A DNA stretch of 63,623 nucleotides, counting the filler, from Octopus bimaculoides (taxonomy: Eukaryota): assembly GCF_001194135.2 (NCBI RefSeq). It is 5 parts of 5 records of this genome, joined end to end, with 100 filler letters (N's around TTAATTAATTAA, not from the genome) between each part and the next. Parts side by side here need not be neighbours in the genome. Positions count along the whole stretch, not along the records: positions 41,266 to 59,853 come from NC_068988.1; positions 59,954 to 63,623 come from NC_068986.1; 3 more parts are not named here. The stretch is one strand, 5' to 3'. The notes beneath the pieces are model-generated. The model made no database searches. It was given only the letters and a program-made list of their open reading frames with translations, and had not been told where the DNA came from. Shown here in pieces: positions 49,558 to 63,486 of the stretch (position 1 is its first letter; every line of letters starts with the position of its first letter). The position numbers and the translations under genes are program-made.

Positions 49558-52347
49558 CTTGAAAAATTGCTAAGATACTAAGATATTTTTTATAACATGA
49601 AACCAATGGTAGCCTTAATACACAAATAAAGAAATTTTATCTACCCATGCAGTGTTGAGCACTCATTTTCATTGTTTGACATTTACATATCAATGCTTCC
49701 AACATCCTCAAACACCAGATAAGCACTAAACATGAACAGAGAATCAAAAGAAACCATGGAAAAACATGAAATAAAAACATCATTGAAAAATATTTCTGTT
49801 CCACCAAGGAAAGTGTAAATCAAGCATCTTATCAACAAAACAGAAAATGTCCTGAGGTGAATGAAATGGCAGGCCTAATTTTTTGATAAAAGCATGTGCA
49901 GACCTCACTCAGAGGACAATTACGGTTTCAGATCTTATAAAAACTTACCACCTACTAAAGACCTAGAAAAATTTGAAGGCGACCTTATAAAGTTAGTTAG
50001 AAATGTAAAATTTAACCAAAATCCAACAAGTTCCAACATATCTTACAAACACACCTTGAACCTTTCAAAACATCAACAAATATGTTTATTAAAGCAGACA
50101 AAACAAAAACTATTTATGAAGTAAACTACTACACCCATAACAAATTACTAACCTTATAACATAACTAAAACGTATAAAGAAAAAAAACCCACCACTTATA
50201 ATTTAATTAATGCTGAAGCAAAAAGTCTAGCCACAAAGTTTAAAATAGAAGAGAGAGTAGAAAATTTTACCCCATGAAATCCTTTTATAACCCTGAAAGA
50301 CCATAAAGATAACTTCACACAAAACCCTAGCTGTAGATTAATAAATCCCATAAAAAAGGAAATAAGTATTATTAATAAATCCACATTGGATAATATCATA
50401 CGACACATCACAGCATACTCAACCTTACTCAATAGATATGTAGTAGTTTGAATGATTTAAGAAAATAGAAGATAAACCCAAATGCAAATTTATCCAGTCT
50501 GACTCCTCGATCACCAAAAGCTTGCTTCAAAAGGAACTTGAATTTAGTAAGGTATATTTCCTAGCTATGTTAGTAGCTACATTCATGCTATAAAGAAGGT
50601 TAAGCCATAATAAACACTGATATAGATATAATTATGAACTCAAAGAAGTCATTACTTTTTCTTGATAATTTCTATTGTGTAAAAAAGAATCAGGATCAGC
50701 TATTTGATGTGGCAATGGAGAGCTACGATAGTGCAGAGATAGCTGACCATGTAAGTCTTTATATCCTAGATATGCTTAGAAAAGAAATAGAAGAAACCAG
50801 AGTGGATTTATATAGGGATGATGGCCTGGGAGTGAGACACAACAAAAAATGGACATGATATGGATAGAATAAGAAAAAAAATATGCAAGATATTTAGCCA
50901 ATTAGGTCTAAGAACCACAGTTAGTACCAACCTTAAAGAAGTCAGTTTTCTAGATATTAACATTAACCTTAGCACAGGCAAATTTAAACCCTACCACAAA
51001 CCAAATAAAGAAACTTCATACATAGACATATACTCCCACCATATACCAGCAATCATTAAACATTAGCAGGCACAGCTCCAATCTATCTGCCGATAAAGAC
51101 ACTTTTGAAAAGACTGCCCCATACTATAATCCTGCATTAGAAAGGTTCAACTTCAAGAATAGCATAAACTGCATTGAACTAAATGCAGATAGACAAAGAA
51201 AACGCAGACACAGGAAAATTTTTGTGATTTAAATCTCCTTATAGCACGAATGTAGCCACTAACATAGCTAGGAAATTATTAAAATTAATAGACAATCACT
51301 TCCCACATTCACACAAATACCATAACAGAAACACTGTTAAAGTTAGCTATAGTTGCCTCCCCAACAGAGAGTCAATAATATTCAACCACAATAAAAATAA
51401 ACACACTAAGAATACCCTCAAAAGACATTGTAACTGTAGATCTCCAAACTGCTGTCCACTAAATAATAACTGTCTAGAAAAAGAACTTATATACAAGGCC
51501 AAAATCATGGATTCCAATGGAGTAACAAAGATGTATATCAGAATGACGGGCAACTCATTCAACGAAAGATACAACACCTGATGTCATTCAGGGACAAAAA
51601 TGTGACATCCCTATCCAATATGATATGGACATTGAAAGAAGGTGTAAGCAACCCACAAATAACATGGAGCATTATTGCTAAAGCCAGAAAATATAGGGGA
51701 CAGGGTACCATATATGAGCTTTGTATCACTGAAATGCTATATATCATCCAGTCAACAGTTAACATCTAAGATATTGGGGATTAAACCATCTCTCCCTGCA
51801 TACACAAGCAATATTTTACATTTCAACATCTCAAAGAGGAATCATCGCTCACTCTGCCAATCTCACAAGGATAATTTCTTTCCCTGAACAAGAACATTGA
51901 ATATATACAACATACGAACTTCACACATGGAAGGTACATGCCCCCACCCACCAATGAACTCCCTCAGCACACAAATATACAAACATCACATATGCTCAGA
52001 ATATAATGTAATATAATATAATGTAATTTAATATAATATTATATAATGCACGGTCTGTTTTTCCTAAAAGTCAAACTCAAGGGAGATAATCACTCAAAAA
52101 GTGTTATCCAAGAATAACATCCCTTGATTTCTTTATGAGACATTTTTGTGAATTCCTGAGATCTTTCACGTTTTCATCCAAAATGGAGATGAACCACACC
52201 CCTTTATGTGATTGTCTTGAAAAATTGTTAAGATATTAAGATAGTTTTCTTAACATGAAACCAATGGTTGCCTCAATACACAAATAAAGAAATTTTATCT
52301 GAAGTGCAGTGTTGAGCACTCTTTCTAATTGTTCGACATTTACATAT
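49558..52347 (+). mobile_element. Near-full-length decayed Penelope-like retroelement with terminal direct repeats
   Basis: RT: FDVAMESYDSAEIAD...LYRDDGLG...FLDININLSTGKFKPYHKPN. GIY-YIG: HCNCRSPNCCPLNNNCLEKELIYKA...MYI. Direct repeats at 49558-49690 and 52216-52347. Confidence 0.9.
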
Positions 52348-52703
52348 ATAATGTGTGTGTGTGTGTGCCACCTTGCAACGTCCATGGGCTTCTTTGCAAA
52401 TTGTTGACAGGACTCAAATATCACATTCAACATAAGCATAATCACTGGCAAAGAAAGTGTATATTGTCAGATCCTCATACATCATGACCGACGAGAGAGT
52501 CCATCATGTATGTATTTATATATGTATATATGATTTATTCCTTTTGTTTTCATTGCCCGAATCCATCCGGTAATCTTTGGATGGCCTTGGGCTACAGCAG
52601 TAAAAACTTGCCCAAGGTGCCATGTTGCAAGTCTTCACTTTAGAACCACATGGTTGGGAAGTGAGTTTTTTAAACACTCACCCATACACATTTCAAAATA
52701 CTT

Positions 52704-53097
52704 AGGAGTGGCTGTGTGCTAAGTAGTTTGCTTACCAACCACATGGTCCCAGGTTCAGTCCCACTGCATGGCACTTTGAGCAAGTGTCTTCTACTATGGC
52801 TTCGGGCCGACCAAAGCCTTGTGAGTGGATTTGGTAGACAGAAACAGGAAGCCCGTCGTATATGTATATATATGTATATGTATGTGTGTCTTTATCTTTG
52901 TGTGTCTGTTTGTCCCTCCAACATCGCTTGACAACCGATGCTGGTGTGTTTACGTCCCGTAACTTAGCGGTTCGGTAAAAGAAACCGATAGAATAAGTAC
53001 TAGGCTTACAAAGAATAAGCTCTGGGGTCGATTTGCTCGACTAATGGCGGTGCTCCAGCATGCCCACAGTCAAATTACTGAAACAAGTAAAAGAGTA
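52704..53097 (+). mobile_element. SINE family A
   Basis: Head, core and tail present. An oppositely oriented partial copy lies just upstream (52560-52690). Confidence 0.88.
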
Positions 53098-53470
53098 AAA
53101 ATATGTTCATTATGATTGTAACACACACACATGCCCAAATAAACCTAATGCACAAATTTCTACATGTTTTAGATTGCTTCTGCATATATTCGCATGACCA
53201 GTTTATAAAACTGCATGTATGCATGTGTATAAATGTATATATTATTAGAGGTTTATCTCTCAGTCTGTTCTGATTGAACAAACCTATGTACAAAGGAGTT
53301 CCTGCCATGACCCTCCCATCTGTTTTGTATATATAGGAACATTATTCAATGTGCACTTCCTTTCTTAATAGTGGTAGTATCGTTGTAAATAGCTGCTATT
53401 TCTAGCATAAGTACAACCTTGTAGTTGATCATTTGTACGTTATTTTAATATTTCTTTTTCTTTCTTAATG

Positions 53471-53503
<33 letters not shown>

Positions 53504-55112
53504 ATTTATGCACATACATTCACACATATACAGACAGATTGATTGATAAATAGATGTTGTGCTAAAATCTCAATTAGATCATATAGTTGCCAGTGAACAG
53601 AGTCACATGTTATTGTTGCAGTTCTGTTACAGTAAGTATCACCTCACCTCTTCACACATCTTCCTATTACATCCACTTGCTGCAACTACAGTACCCCAAC
53701 AACTGCTGCTGTTTCTAATGCTGCTACTATTACTCCTACTGCTTCTATCTCTAGCATCAAATTACTGTTTTCTGCTTATCTCACTCTCTCACTTTGTTCT
53801 TACTCAAATACACTGTCTTACTCTTCACAAGACAGTGAAGAAACTGGTATGTAGTCACTTGACCTTTTAGATATAGTAACCAAATTGCCTTCAAATCCTT
53901 CCCTCACTACTGCCATCAAACAAGGACACATTGTATTATGTAGTCTTAAATATACAAAACAATGAAATAGTAACTACTGGAATGTATGAGATAAATAATG
54001 ACCACCTTGGACCTAAACTATTGCTGTGGCTGCTGTTTGTCAAACACTATCATATATCACTTCTACCGGCTACATCTTGATCTTCACTCCAATTTTACTC
54101 CCTTACTTTCTTCACATTTACCTTTCTCCTCACTTTTCCTCCATATCACACCATATACATACACACACAGACATTTGTATGTTTGTATGTATGCATGCAT
54201 GCATATATCATCATCATCATTTAACATCTGTTGTCCATGCTGGCATGAGTTGGACAGTTTGACTAGGGCTGGTAAGCTGATTTGGCAAGGTTTCTACAAC
54301 TGGATGCTCTTCCTAATGATAACCACTCTGAGAATGTAATGAATGCTTTTACATACCACTGGCATGTGTGCCAGTTACATGTCACCAGTATCAGCAACAT
54401 TTATATATATAATAAAACAGGAAATTGGAAAAAAAATTTCACCAAAGATTTTCTTCTAATCTCCTGTTTTGATATGTAATTACTCTACAAAGACTATTTT
54501 CCTGTCTTTTTCAACTTTTATATGCACACCTCATAAATACAACATCTACATACAGTTTTGAACAACTGGAATCTGCAGATGTACTTCAAGAGGGTACACC
54601 TTGCATTATAACCCTATCTATATACTGTGTGTTTGTGTGTGTGTGCATAAATATATGTATGTTTTATCTTTTACTTGTTTCAGTCATGAAACTGCGGCTA
54701 TGCTTGGGCACCACCATTAAGAATTTTAGTCAAAGAAATCAACCCCAGTACTTCTCTTTCTTTTACGCCTGGTACTTATTTTATTGCTTTCTTTTGCTGA
54801 ACTGCTTAGTTATGGGGATGTAAACACACTAACACCAGCTGTCAACTGGTGGTGGGGACCAAACACAGTCATAAAGACACACATGTGCACCAACACACAC
54901 ATATACATGGATGTATATATACACCCCCATACACCACATACGATGATAGGCTTCTTTCAGTTTCTATCTACCTCATCCATTTGCAAGGCGTTGGTCAACC
55001 TGGAGCTAGAGCAGAAGACACTTGTCCCAGGTACCATGCAATGGGACTGAACCTGGAACCATGTGGTTAGTAAGCAAACTTCTTACCACACAGCCACACA
55101 CACACACACACA

Positions 55113-56760
55113 CATATATATGTACATACCTACATATATATGTATATATATACATGCATATATGGGTACAGAACGCCAAAAAGTGAACAAAATGAAAAAC
55201 AAGAACATAAAAAACAAAAACATGGAAAACGAACTTTTTTCAGACAATGAAAGAAGCAAATAAAGAAACGAGACAGGCAACATAAAGAACAATCCCTTCA
55301 TCAGTCGTCCCCTGTTTTATCTACTCTGCATTTCGAAGGTTGGGACAAGACATGACTTCATTAAAACAGTCCTCCCCACAAAGCAAATTATATAAAATTT
55401 GAGAATTTTACAGCGGGTCAAAGTGGTAACAAAAACAGGACAGTAAGAACAAAACAGTAAAAACAAACAGTGAGGGCTGTTAAACCATAACGAAGTGAAG
55501 TGGTGAATGCTGGAGAAAGGAGCTATGACAAGAGACAGGCAAAAGTAGGTCTTATCTCTTGTAAGGAAAAAAGAATGATAGCCACTTGTCACGTGTGAGC
55601 AACAAAAGAGTAAAAAAGGAAGAGTGGGGGAGAGAAAGAGAACGATGGAGGGGGAGGAGTAGAAAAACAGAAAGAAAGAAGAATAATAGCGATAAAGGGA
55701 GAATAGAGAGTTTAGAGTGCGCATCTGAATTATTAAGATAAAACTTACTTGGAAGTGGACGTATGACATTCGATCATATGATAATATAAATAGGCGCAGG
55801 AGTGGCTGTGTGGTAAGTAGCTTGCTTACCAACCACATGGTTCTGGGTTCATTCCCACTGCTTGGCACCTTGGGCAAGTGTCTGCTACTGTAGCCTCGGG
55901 CCGACCAAAGCCTTGTGAGTGGATTTGGTAGACAGAAACTGAAAAAAGCCTGTCGTATATATGTATGTGTGTCTGTGTTTGTCCCCCCAACATCACTTGA
56001 CAACCGATGGTGGTGTGTTTACGTCCCCGTAACTTAGCGGTTCGGCAAAAAAGACTGATAGAATAAGTACTAGGCATCCAAAGAATAAGTCCTGGGGTCG
56101 ATTTACTCGACTAAAGGTGGTGCTCCAGTATGGCCACAGTCAAATGACTGAAACAAGTAAAAGAGTATATATATGCATATATACATACATATATATATAC
56201 ATGTATATATGGGTACAGGACATCAAAAAATATGAACAAAGACTACTTTTGCCTGTCTCTTGTCATAGCTCCTTTCTCCAGCATTCACCACTTCACCTCG
56301 TTATGGCTTAACAGCCCTCACCGTTTGTTTTTACTGTTTTATTCTCACTGTCCTGCTTTTTGTTACCACTTTAGCCCTCTGCAAAAATCCCAAATTTTAT
56401 ATATTTTGCTTTGCAGGAAGGACTGTTTTAACGAAGTCAAGTCTTGTCCCAACCTTCAAAACGTGGAGTAGATAAAATAAGGGATAACTAATGAAGGGAT
56501 TGTTCTTTATATTGCCTGTCTTGTTTCTCTATTTATTTGTTTTGTTGTCCAAAAAAACGTGTGTCTTCCATGTTTTTGTTTTTTTATGTTCTCGTTTTTC
56601 ATTTTGTTCACATTTTTTTTATGTCCTGGACCCATATATGCATGTATATATACATATATGTAGGTATGTACATATATGTATGTTTATATGCATATATATA
56701 TATATTATTTATATTATTATATGATCGAATGCCATGCATCCATTTCCAAGTAAGTTTTAT
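55113..56760. repeat. ~440-bp inverted repeat (55113-55551 / 56241-56678) plus ~55-bp inverted repeat (55738-55791 / 56706-56760) around a SINE
   Basis: Arms align by eye along their full length with scattered substitutions. A related fragment lies at 41266-41620. Confidence 0.88.
55792..56167 (+). mobile_element. SINE family A, full length
   Basis: Runs from aggcgcaggagtggctgtgtggtaag to gactgaaacaagtaaaagag. Other copies at 54660-55100 (-) and 56800-57105 (+). Confidence 0.9.
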
Positions 56761-58169
56761 TGTATATATATATATACAGATGCTTCCCAACCTTTGGGAA
56801 GTGTCTTCTACTATAGCCTTGGGCTGACCAAAGCCTTGTGAGTGGAAATGATAAACAGAAATTGAAAGAAGCCCCCATATATATGTGTGTGCTTTTGTGT
56901 CTGTGTTGGTCCCCCCCCCCCATCACCACTTGACAACCAGCTTCATTGTGTTTACGTGCACGTAACTTAGTGGTTTGGCAAAAGATACTGATAGAATAAG
57001 TACTGGGCTTAAAAGAAAACAAGTCCTGGGATTGATTTAGTCAACTAAAAGCCTTCAAGGTGGTGCTCCAGCATGGCCAGTCAAATAATTGAAACAAGTA
57101 AAAGAGAGAGAGAGAGAGAGAGAGATGTATTTAGAAATATATGAAGGAGTGCTTAAAAGTTCTGGCTTTGAGTGAACGAAAATATAGGAGGATCAGTTGA
57201 ATATGATTTTATTCAGCATATTCCCCTCTCAGATTCACACACTTATTGCAGCAGTCCTTTGCTTTTTCTAAGCCCTGTAAAAGAATACTCAAGTTTGGGT
57301 CTCCAACCAGACCTTTCACAATACCCTTAAAGCCAGGAACTTTTCAATGCCTCCTTGTATGTACATTCGCATACACATATATATACATGTGCATATGTAC
57401 ACACACATGTATATATGTCTGGGTATGATTTTAAATTGCATCAGGTAGTGGGGCTCTGGTGTTGGAGTTCCATGGTTTTGAGGAGTAACGGACTACCTCT
57501 TATCCACAATTGTTCCCAGGTCTACTCTGACCTACTGTAGCAAAACTTGTCAGGGTCTCGGTTATTAGTTAACTAGCATATATTATGACAATTTAATTGA
57601 TCACAGGGATGCAGAAATACCCTTGGTTGATGTCAGGGTTTGCAATAAAACTGTTGTCACAGCATCCTTCTAGAAGAAAGACACTTTGATGTAAAACCTG
57701 TAGTATCTCTTGAGTTCTGATCATCTTGCTTTAACCTGTACTAATCATGGGGGCTCAAAGAGTGACCCTCATGTTGTACAAGCATTTATCTTTATAATCC
57801 AAAAATAAACAGACATCTCTTTATGGTGACCTTTTCTTTCATTTGTCATTCCCTTTACTGTAAGTAAATAGATGAGATGATGTGTGCAGCCCCAATTTGA
57901 AAATGCACAGTCACAAATCTGTGCACAAGCAACAGAAGTCTTATCCTAACATCATTATCGTGTCTTCCCATATCAGGGAGTAACTCTGATGGAGATTCTT
58001 GTGACTGAACAGACCCTTTTTAGGGAGAGCACTTACCCAACTTCCTGGGATGGGACTAGAAAAGATGCACTAAACATTACCTGTCACATCAACACTGGTT
58101 AGCTTTCTGCAACCAGTGTTGGTCATTCAAGCAGGAACACAAAAGATGAAAGACATAATAAAATATTTG

Positions 58170-59010
58170 CAAAAGATTGAGCTAAACTCAATATTTGTTG
58201 CTGGGACATTAGAACCCTACTGGATCAAATTTCATCTAAATGTCTTGCATGAAAAAGAGCACTTGTGACTAAAGAACTTCAAAGACTGCACCTAGATATT
58301 GCAGCTTTGTTTGAAACATATCTCCGAGGAAGATCAACTTACTGGAATATCATAAGGTTACTTACTCTTCTGGGTTGGCAAACCAAAAGGTGAATGACAA
58401 GAAAGTGATGTTGGTTTTGGGAGCAGAACACTGAATGCATAATGAATCTTTGCTTTCCTCGTTCATGTGGACAATACATGATAGTCTTGTTAATTTATGC
58501 TCCAACTCTTGAAGCCAATGAAGAAATTATCATGCCTTTCAATGAAAAACTTTATACTGCTACTACATTCCCAAGCATGACCTTAATGATGTATGTAATG
58601 TGTTATAGGAAGTGCTGAGTGTGACACATATAACAGGATGGTGTGAGGAAAATCTAAAATACAAATATGTAAGAGTCATATGAGTGAGGGCTTAAATAAA
58701 CAACTTGATAGTCTTGACTTTGATGAGAGAACTTTAAAAATCAAATGTACTCAGTGAGAGTCAATGTTCTAAGGTTTTAGAATGAAGAAACATAAGGACT
58801 GGTTTGATGTTAGTGATCCTACTATCAACCAGCTACTAAAAAGGAAATGAGCTCTTCATGAAAAGATTTTGAGTAAGTGCCATTTGGTACAGCTGATTAG
58901 AGAGGACTTATAAGGAATAAAAAACATTACACTGGGAACTAAGGAGAACTAAGAATGAGAAGTAATAGAATTTCTCTTCAGGGATTCAAAAAGCCTATGA
59001 TGCAAAAGAT
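58170..59010 (+). mobile_element. Decayed RTE-clade LINE (APE endonuclease with a small RT remnant)
   Basis: LNICCWDIRTLLD...KELQRLHLDIAALFET...FWVGKPKGE; YA/MPTLEANEE; F.GFKK.YD-like remnant near 58980. Confidence 0.7.
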
Positions 59011-59718
59011 TTAAAACTGTTTTAAAAACCTGATTTATGTTATAAGATGCTTGGGCTGCCACCAAAACTACATAGGGTCCACGGGATTATTGCTCAGACA
59101 CAGATGCACTCTGCACCGACAGCAGATTGCATTCCCAGAATGCAGAATGATACCCTTTAGTGAACACACAGAGAAATGTGCAAAGCAACTGCTACCACAA
59201 TTTGTAATCTTCCCATTTTATTAATGTGCCATTGGAACACCAACACAAGTTAGATTAAATAAGGAAACCTACTTCATTGAAAAATATAAGCCAAGACGTA
59301 ATTTAAATAAGGAAACTCACCTCAATGAAAAAAATATAAAGCAAAACTTAACCACTTCTAACTTTCTATTCTTTCTAAACCAAATCATATTAAATCAATA
59401 AAACCTAGTCATTTCCAACATTTTTGATTATCTCCCTTATACCTTCCCCTGTCTGGAACTCTCATACTTCACTTCATAGTGAAGAGATGACACAATATCA
59501 GTAAAGAAATTTGAAAAAAAAGTACGAAACTGGTTATTTCTCAAAAAACAATGATACTTTACACAAAATTTTATAACATTTTCCTAACATAACGATTTAA
59601 ATATATTCTTTAACCATATAATATAAGTCTTCTGTAGTTTTTTCACTCTATTTTGTTTTTTATACATCCAACCATGTGCTTTCACATACCAACACTCTCA
59701 CCTATATATATGATATAT

Positions 59719-59770
<52 letters not shown>

Positions 59771-60504
59771 GGAATTTACAAAAGACAAAAACAGGTGTGT
59801 ATACAACAAACAGGTGTATCAGTTTAATTCTCGGGAAGGTGAGAAAGTCTTTTNNNNNNNNNNNNNNNNNNNNNNNNNNNNNNNNNNNNNNNNNNNNTTA
59901 ATTAATTAANNNNNNNNNNNNNNNNNNNNNNNNNNNNNNNNNNNNNNNNNNNNACCACCACCACCACCATCACTACTCTCGCCACAACGCTCCTCCACCT
60001 CCACCAGCTCCTCTCCCACCATGACTGTCACCAACAGTCCCAATACCAACCAGCATCCCTACTGGCCCCTATCAACACTATAGCATTTAAGACCACTATC
60101 ACTTCAAACGCCACCATTAAAATGCACTCCGCCGCCATTTTCCTGCTCTATTATGAGCCATCGTAACACTGCTGCGTCACTTACTAATTGCTAGAAATAG
60201 AAGCCAAGCTACACCGGAATGTCTTGGATAACAAAGCACACTTTGTATAATGCTTTCTTAGATGCCCTGCACCTGAGTACTAAAGATGGCATACAAGTAA
60301 GTCACGGCTGGAACGCCTTTCATCGTATAGGTCTATTGGAACAGGTATGAAATATTGCTAGTCATCAAAATCACCAAAAACAAGGAAAACAACAACAACA
60401 AAAGATACTAACACCTTTTTCCACTACTACTACTACTACTAATAATAATAATTCCTTTTATTTGCCATCAGGGCGACAGATGAGTACAATACCAAGATAA
60501 ACAT

Positions 60505-60722
60505 AATAATCCTTTCTACTAAAGGCACAAGGCCCTGAATTTTGAGAGAGGGGACTAGTTGATTACATCGACCCCACTGTTTCACTGGTACTTAATTTAT
60601 CGACCCTGAAAGGTTGTTAGGCAAAGTCGACCTCAGCGGAATTTGAACTCAGAACGTAAAGACAGACTAAATATCGCTAAGCATTTTGTCCAGTATGCTA
60701 GCGATTCTGCCAGCTCAGTGCT
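60505..60722 (-). mobile_element. SINE family C
   Basis: ggcacaaggcc...cgacccc...ggcaaagtcgacctcagcggaatttgaactcagaac...ctgccagctc, as at 15765-15996. Confidence 0.82.
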
Positions 60723-61856
60723 TTCCAAAACAAACTTAATAATGGCTTCAAACTTTGTCTCACTCTGGCCTTGTCTCACTCTGGCCTTGTCTCACTCTGT
60801 ATCAAACTGAATCTCCCTGAGAACTACGTTAAAGGTACACGCATCTGTGGAGTACTCAGCCACTTGCACATTAATTTCACAAGCAGGCTCGGAGTAAGTG
60901 CCAGTTATGTTTTGAAAATTACGTCCTTCAAATGGACACCATTTTGTTCTTGACAAAGGCGGCTTTTTCTAAAATTGAAAAAATTAATTGTAAAATCGTT
61001 ATTATATATTAAAATGGCCTTTGGGCCACTCTGTAATATCCAATGCAAACCGTGGACTTATTGAACCCAGCTAAAAAACGAACTGGATCTTGTTAGTATG
61101 GCTATATTGGACTCCATATTGGACTCCATATTGGACTATATTGGACTCCATAAGACATTAGACAACAGCAAATCTATAACAGCTGCAACATCGACTTTCT
61201 GTACATGGATGACTCCGGAACCTCCTATAATCTGCACTAATTTACACCTAGGTACAGGTACCCGTATTTCATTTAATTATTTAAGAAACGTTAGAGCGTC
61301 GAACTAGATATCTCAACGTTATTCATATCTTTCATTTTATATTCTGATTTCAAATCATGCAACGGATCGATAGGTTAAACAACAAGGAATAAAATAAGGA
61401 TTGTTGATTCTACAAACACCCATCCTCCTTGCTAGTCTGTTGTTTAGTATTAAAGTAACAAAAAAGAAAAATCAATTATTTTAGGTGGCGGCGGCGTTGG
61501 TGGTGGTGGTGGTGGTGTGTGTGTGTGTGTGTTATGATAATTTATCAATTTGTCATTAAAGCCATTTCGTTGTTTCGCTTTATATGTTTCTTTTTTTGTT
61601 TCAATGGTCGACAATTAAGTATATTGCTCAATAACATAGCACATATCTTCTGGCAAAACCAATGGGAAAAACCCCACAAAAATTGGCAAATTAATTAAAG
61701 ACAACCCCAGAAAGCCTTATTTATTGTTGCTGGAGTTGAAGGCGTAAATGTTTCTCTGACTGGAACCAGGAGGAAATTAGGTGAAGCAGAATAAATAAAG
61801 ATTTGATCTTTTTAGATTTTCTATGAACTAACTGCTTTCTGAGTTTTGTCTCTCCT

Positions 61857-61906
<50 letters not shown>

Positions 61907-62414
61907 CTACATAAATAAACACATACATTAGCGCATACACACAAACATTGGAAAACTTGCTGCAGCCTAATGCTTTAAAGTACTTCGTATAATCCGCTGT
62001 CATTTCGGTTGATGTTAGTTAGAAGGGATGTTCTGTAGATGGATTAGTGTTGTTGGCAGCGGTGGTGGTGGTGGTGGTGGTGGTGATGCGAATTGTGGTG
62101 ATGGTTAGTGTGGGGCGTGGTAGTCACAGAAAAGAAGGAGAAGGAGGAGGAGGAGGAGGAGAAAGCTGACAAAAAGACACTCCACTAAGAACAACACATC
62201 GAATTGATGAAGTGTTAAGAAAATGTTACAAACAAAGCAGAGTTAAGTAATATTCCCGACCCCCAGCGCCACCCTCACAAAGATGCGTAACCGATTTTCT
62301 GGAGTTTAATGCGTCATAATAATGATAATAATAATAATAATGATAATAATAATAATAATGATAATAATAATAATAAAAATAATAATAATAATAATAAGAA
62401 TAATAACGATGATG

Positions 62415-62451
<37 letters not shown>

Positions 62452-62453
62452 TA

Positions 62454-62484
<31 letters not shown>

Positions 62485-62523
62485 CAATGATAATAATTAT
62501 AATGATAATAATAATAACAATAA

Positions 62524-62929
62524 TACTCTTTTACTCTTTTACTTGTTTCAGTCTTTTGACTGTGGCCATGCTGGAGCACCGCCTTTAGTCGAGTAAATCG
62601 ACCCCAGGACTTATTCTTTGGAAGCCTAGTACTTATTCTATCGATCTCTTTTGCCGAACCGCTACGTTACAGGGACATAAACACACCAGCATCGGTTGTC
62701 AAGCGATGGTGGGGGTACAAACACAGACACAAACACACACACATAAATATATATGCACATATATACGACGGGCTTCTTTCAGTTTCCGTCTACCAAATCC
62801 ACTCACAAGGCTTTGGTCGGCCCGAGGCTATAGTAGAAGACACTTGCCCAAGATGCCACGCAGTGGGACTGAACCCGGGACCATGTGGTTGGTAAGCAAG
62901 CTACTTACCACACAGCCACTCTTACGCCT
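62524..62929 (-). mobile_element. SINE family A, full length, embedded in (AAT)n
   Basis: Complete copy with (AAT/GAT)n arrays at 62318-62523 and 62930-63030. Confidence 0.93.
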
Positions 62930-62932
62930 ATG

Positions 62933-63020
<88 letters not shown>

Positions 63021-63395
63021 TGATGATGATGATAAATTTAAATAAATACTTAAACATGTTAAAAAAAAAGCGGTCGGATCTACATAGGATAGAATAAAAG
63101 AGTTATTGAGTTATTGAAGATAATTTTTAGTTGGATAACATAAGCCTGAATCACTGAAATTGTGTTTGTTATTCCTGTGGACATTACATTTCTGTGACTC
63201 AGTGGAAATAGAAGCAATCAGAAATATTCCCAACAGATCAGGTCATGTTCTTGCTTTGATGGGGCTGGGGTCATCCCTAGTTAGCGGTCCCAACTGTATT
63301 ATTTTAACTTTTTTCAGAATTTGCTTTTTTTTTTCAAAATATGCTGAAAAATACGGAGATTATGATTCTGAAAAAATTTCCAAATATTTTTCTAG

Positions 63396-63486
63396 TTAGG
63401 ATTAGGGTTTTAGGGTTAGGTTTAGGGCTTTAGGGTTAGGGTTAGGGTTAGGGTTTTAGAGTTAGGGTTATGGTTACAGTTAGGGT
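63396..63486 (+). repeat. Interstitial degenerate (TTAGGG)n telomere-type repeat
   Basis: Four perfect units at 63430-63453 within about 15 degenerate units. Confidence 0.85.

Noticed and set aside
53555-53636. Possible exon ending TTACA|gtaagt (DVVLKSQLDHIVASEQSHMLLLQFCY)
   Set aside because: Good donor but weak acceptor, no recognisable protein and no partner exons.
61102-61151. Short tandem repeat (atattggactcc) x~4 as a CRISPR-like array; also the 16-mer repeat at 60765-60800
   Set aside because: No spacers, eukaryotic context; these are simple minisatellites.
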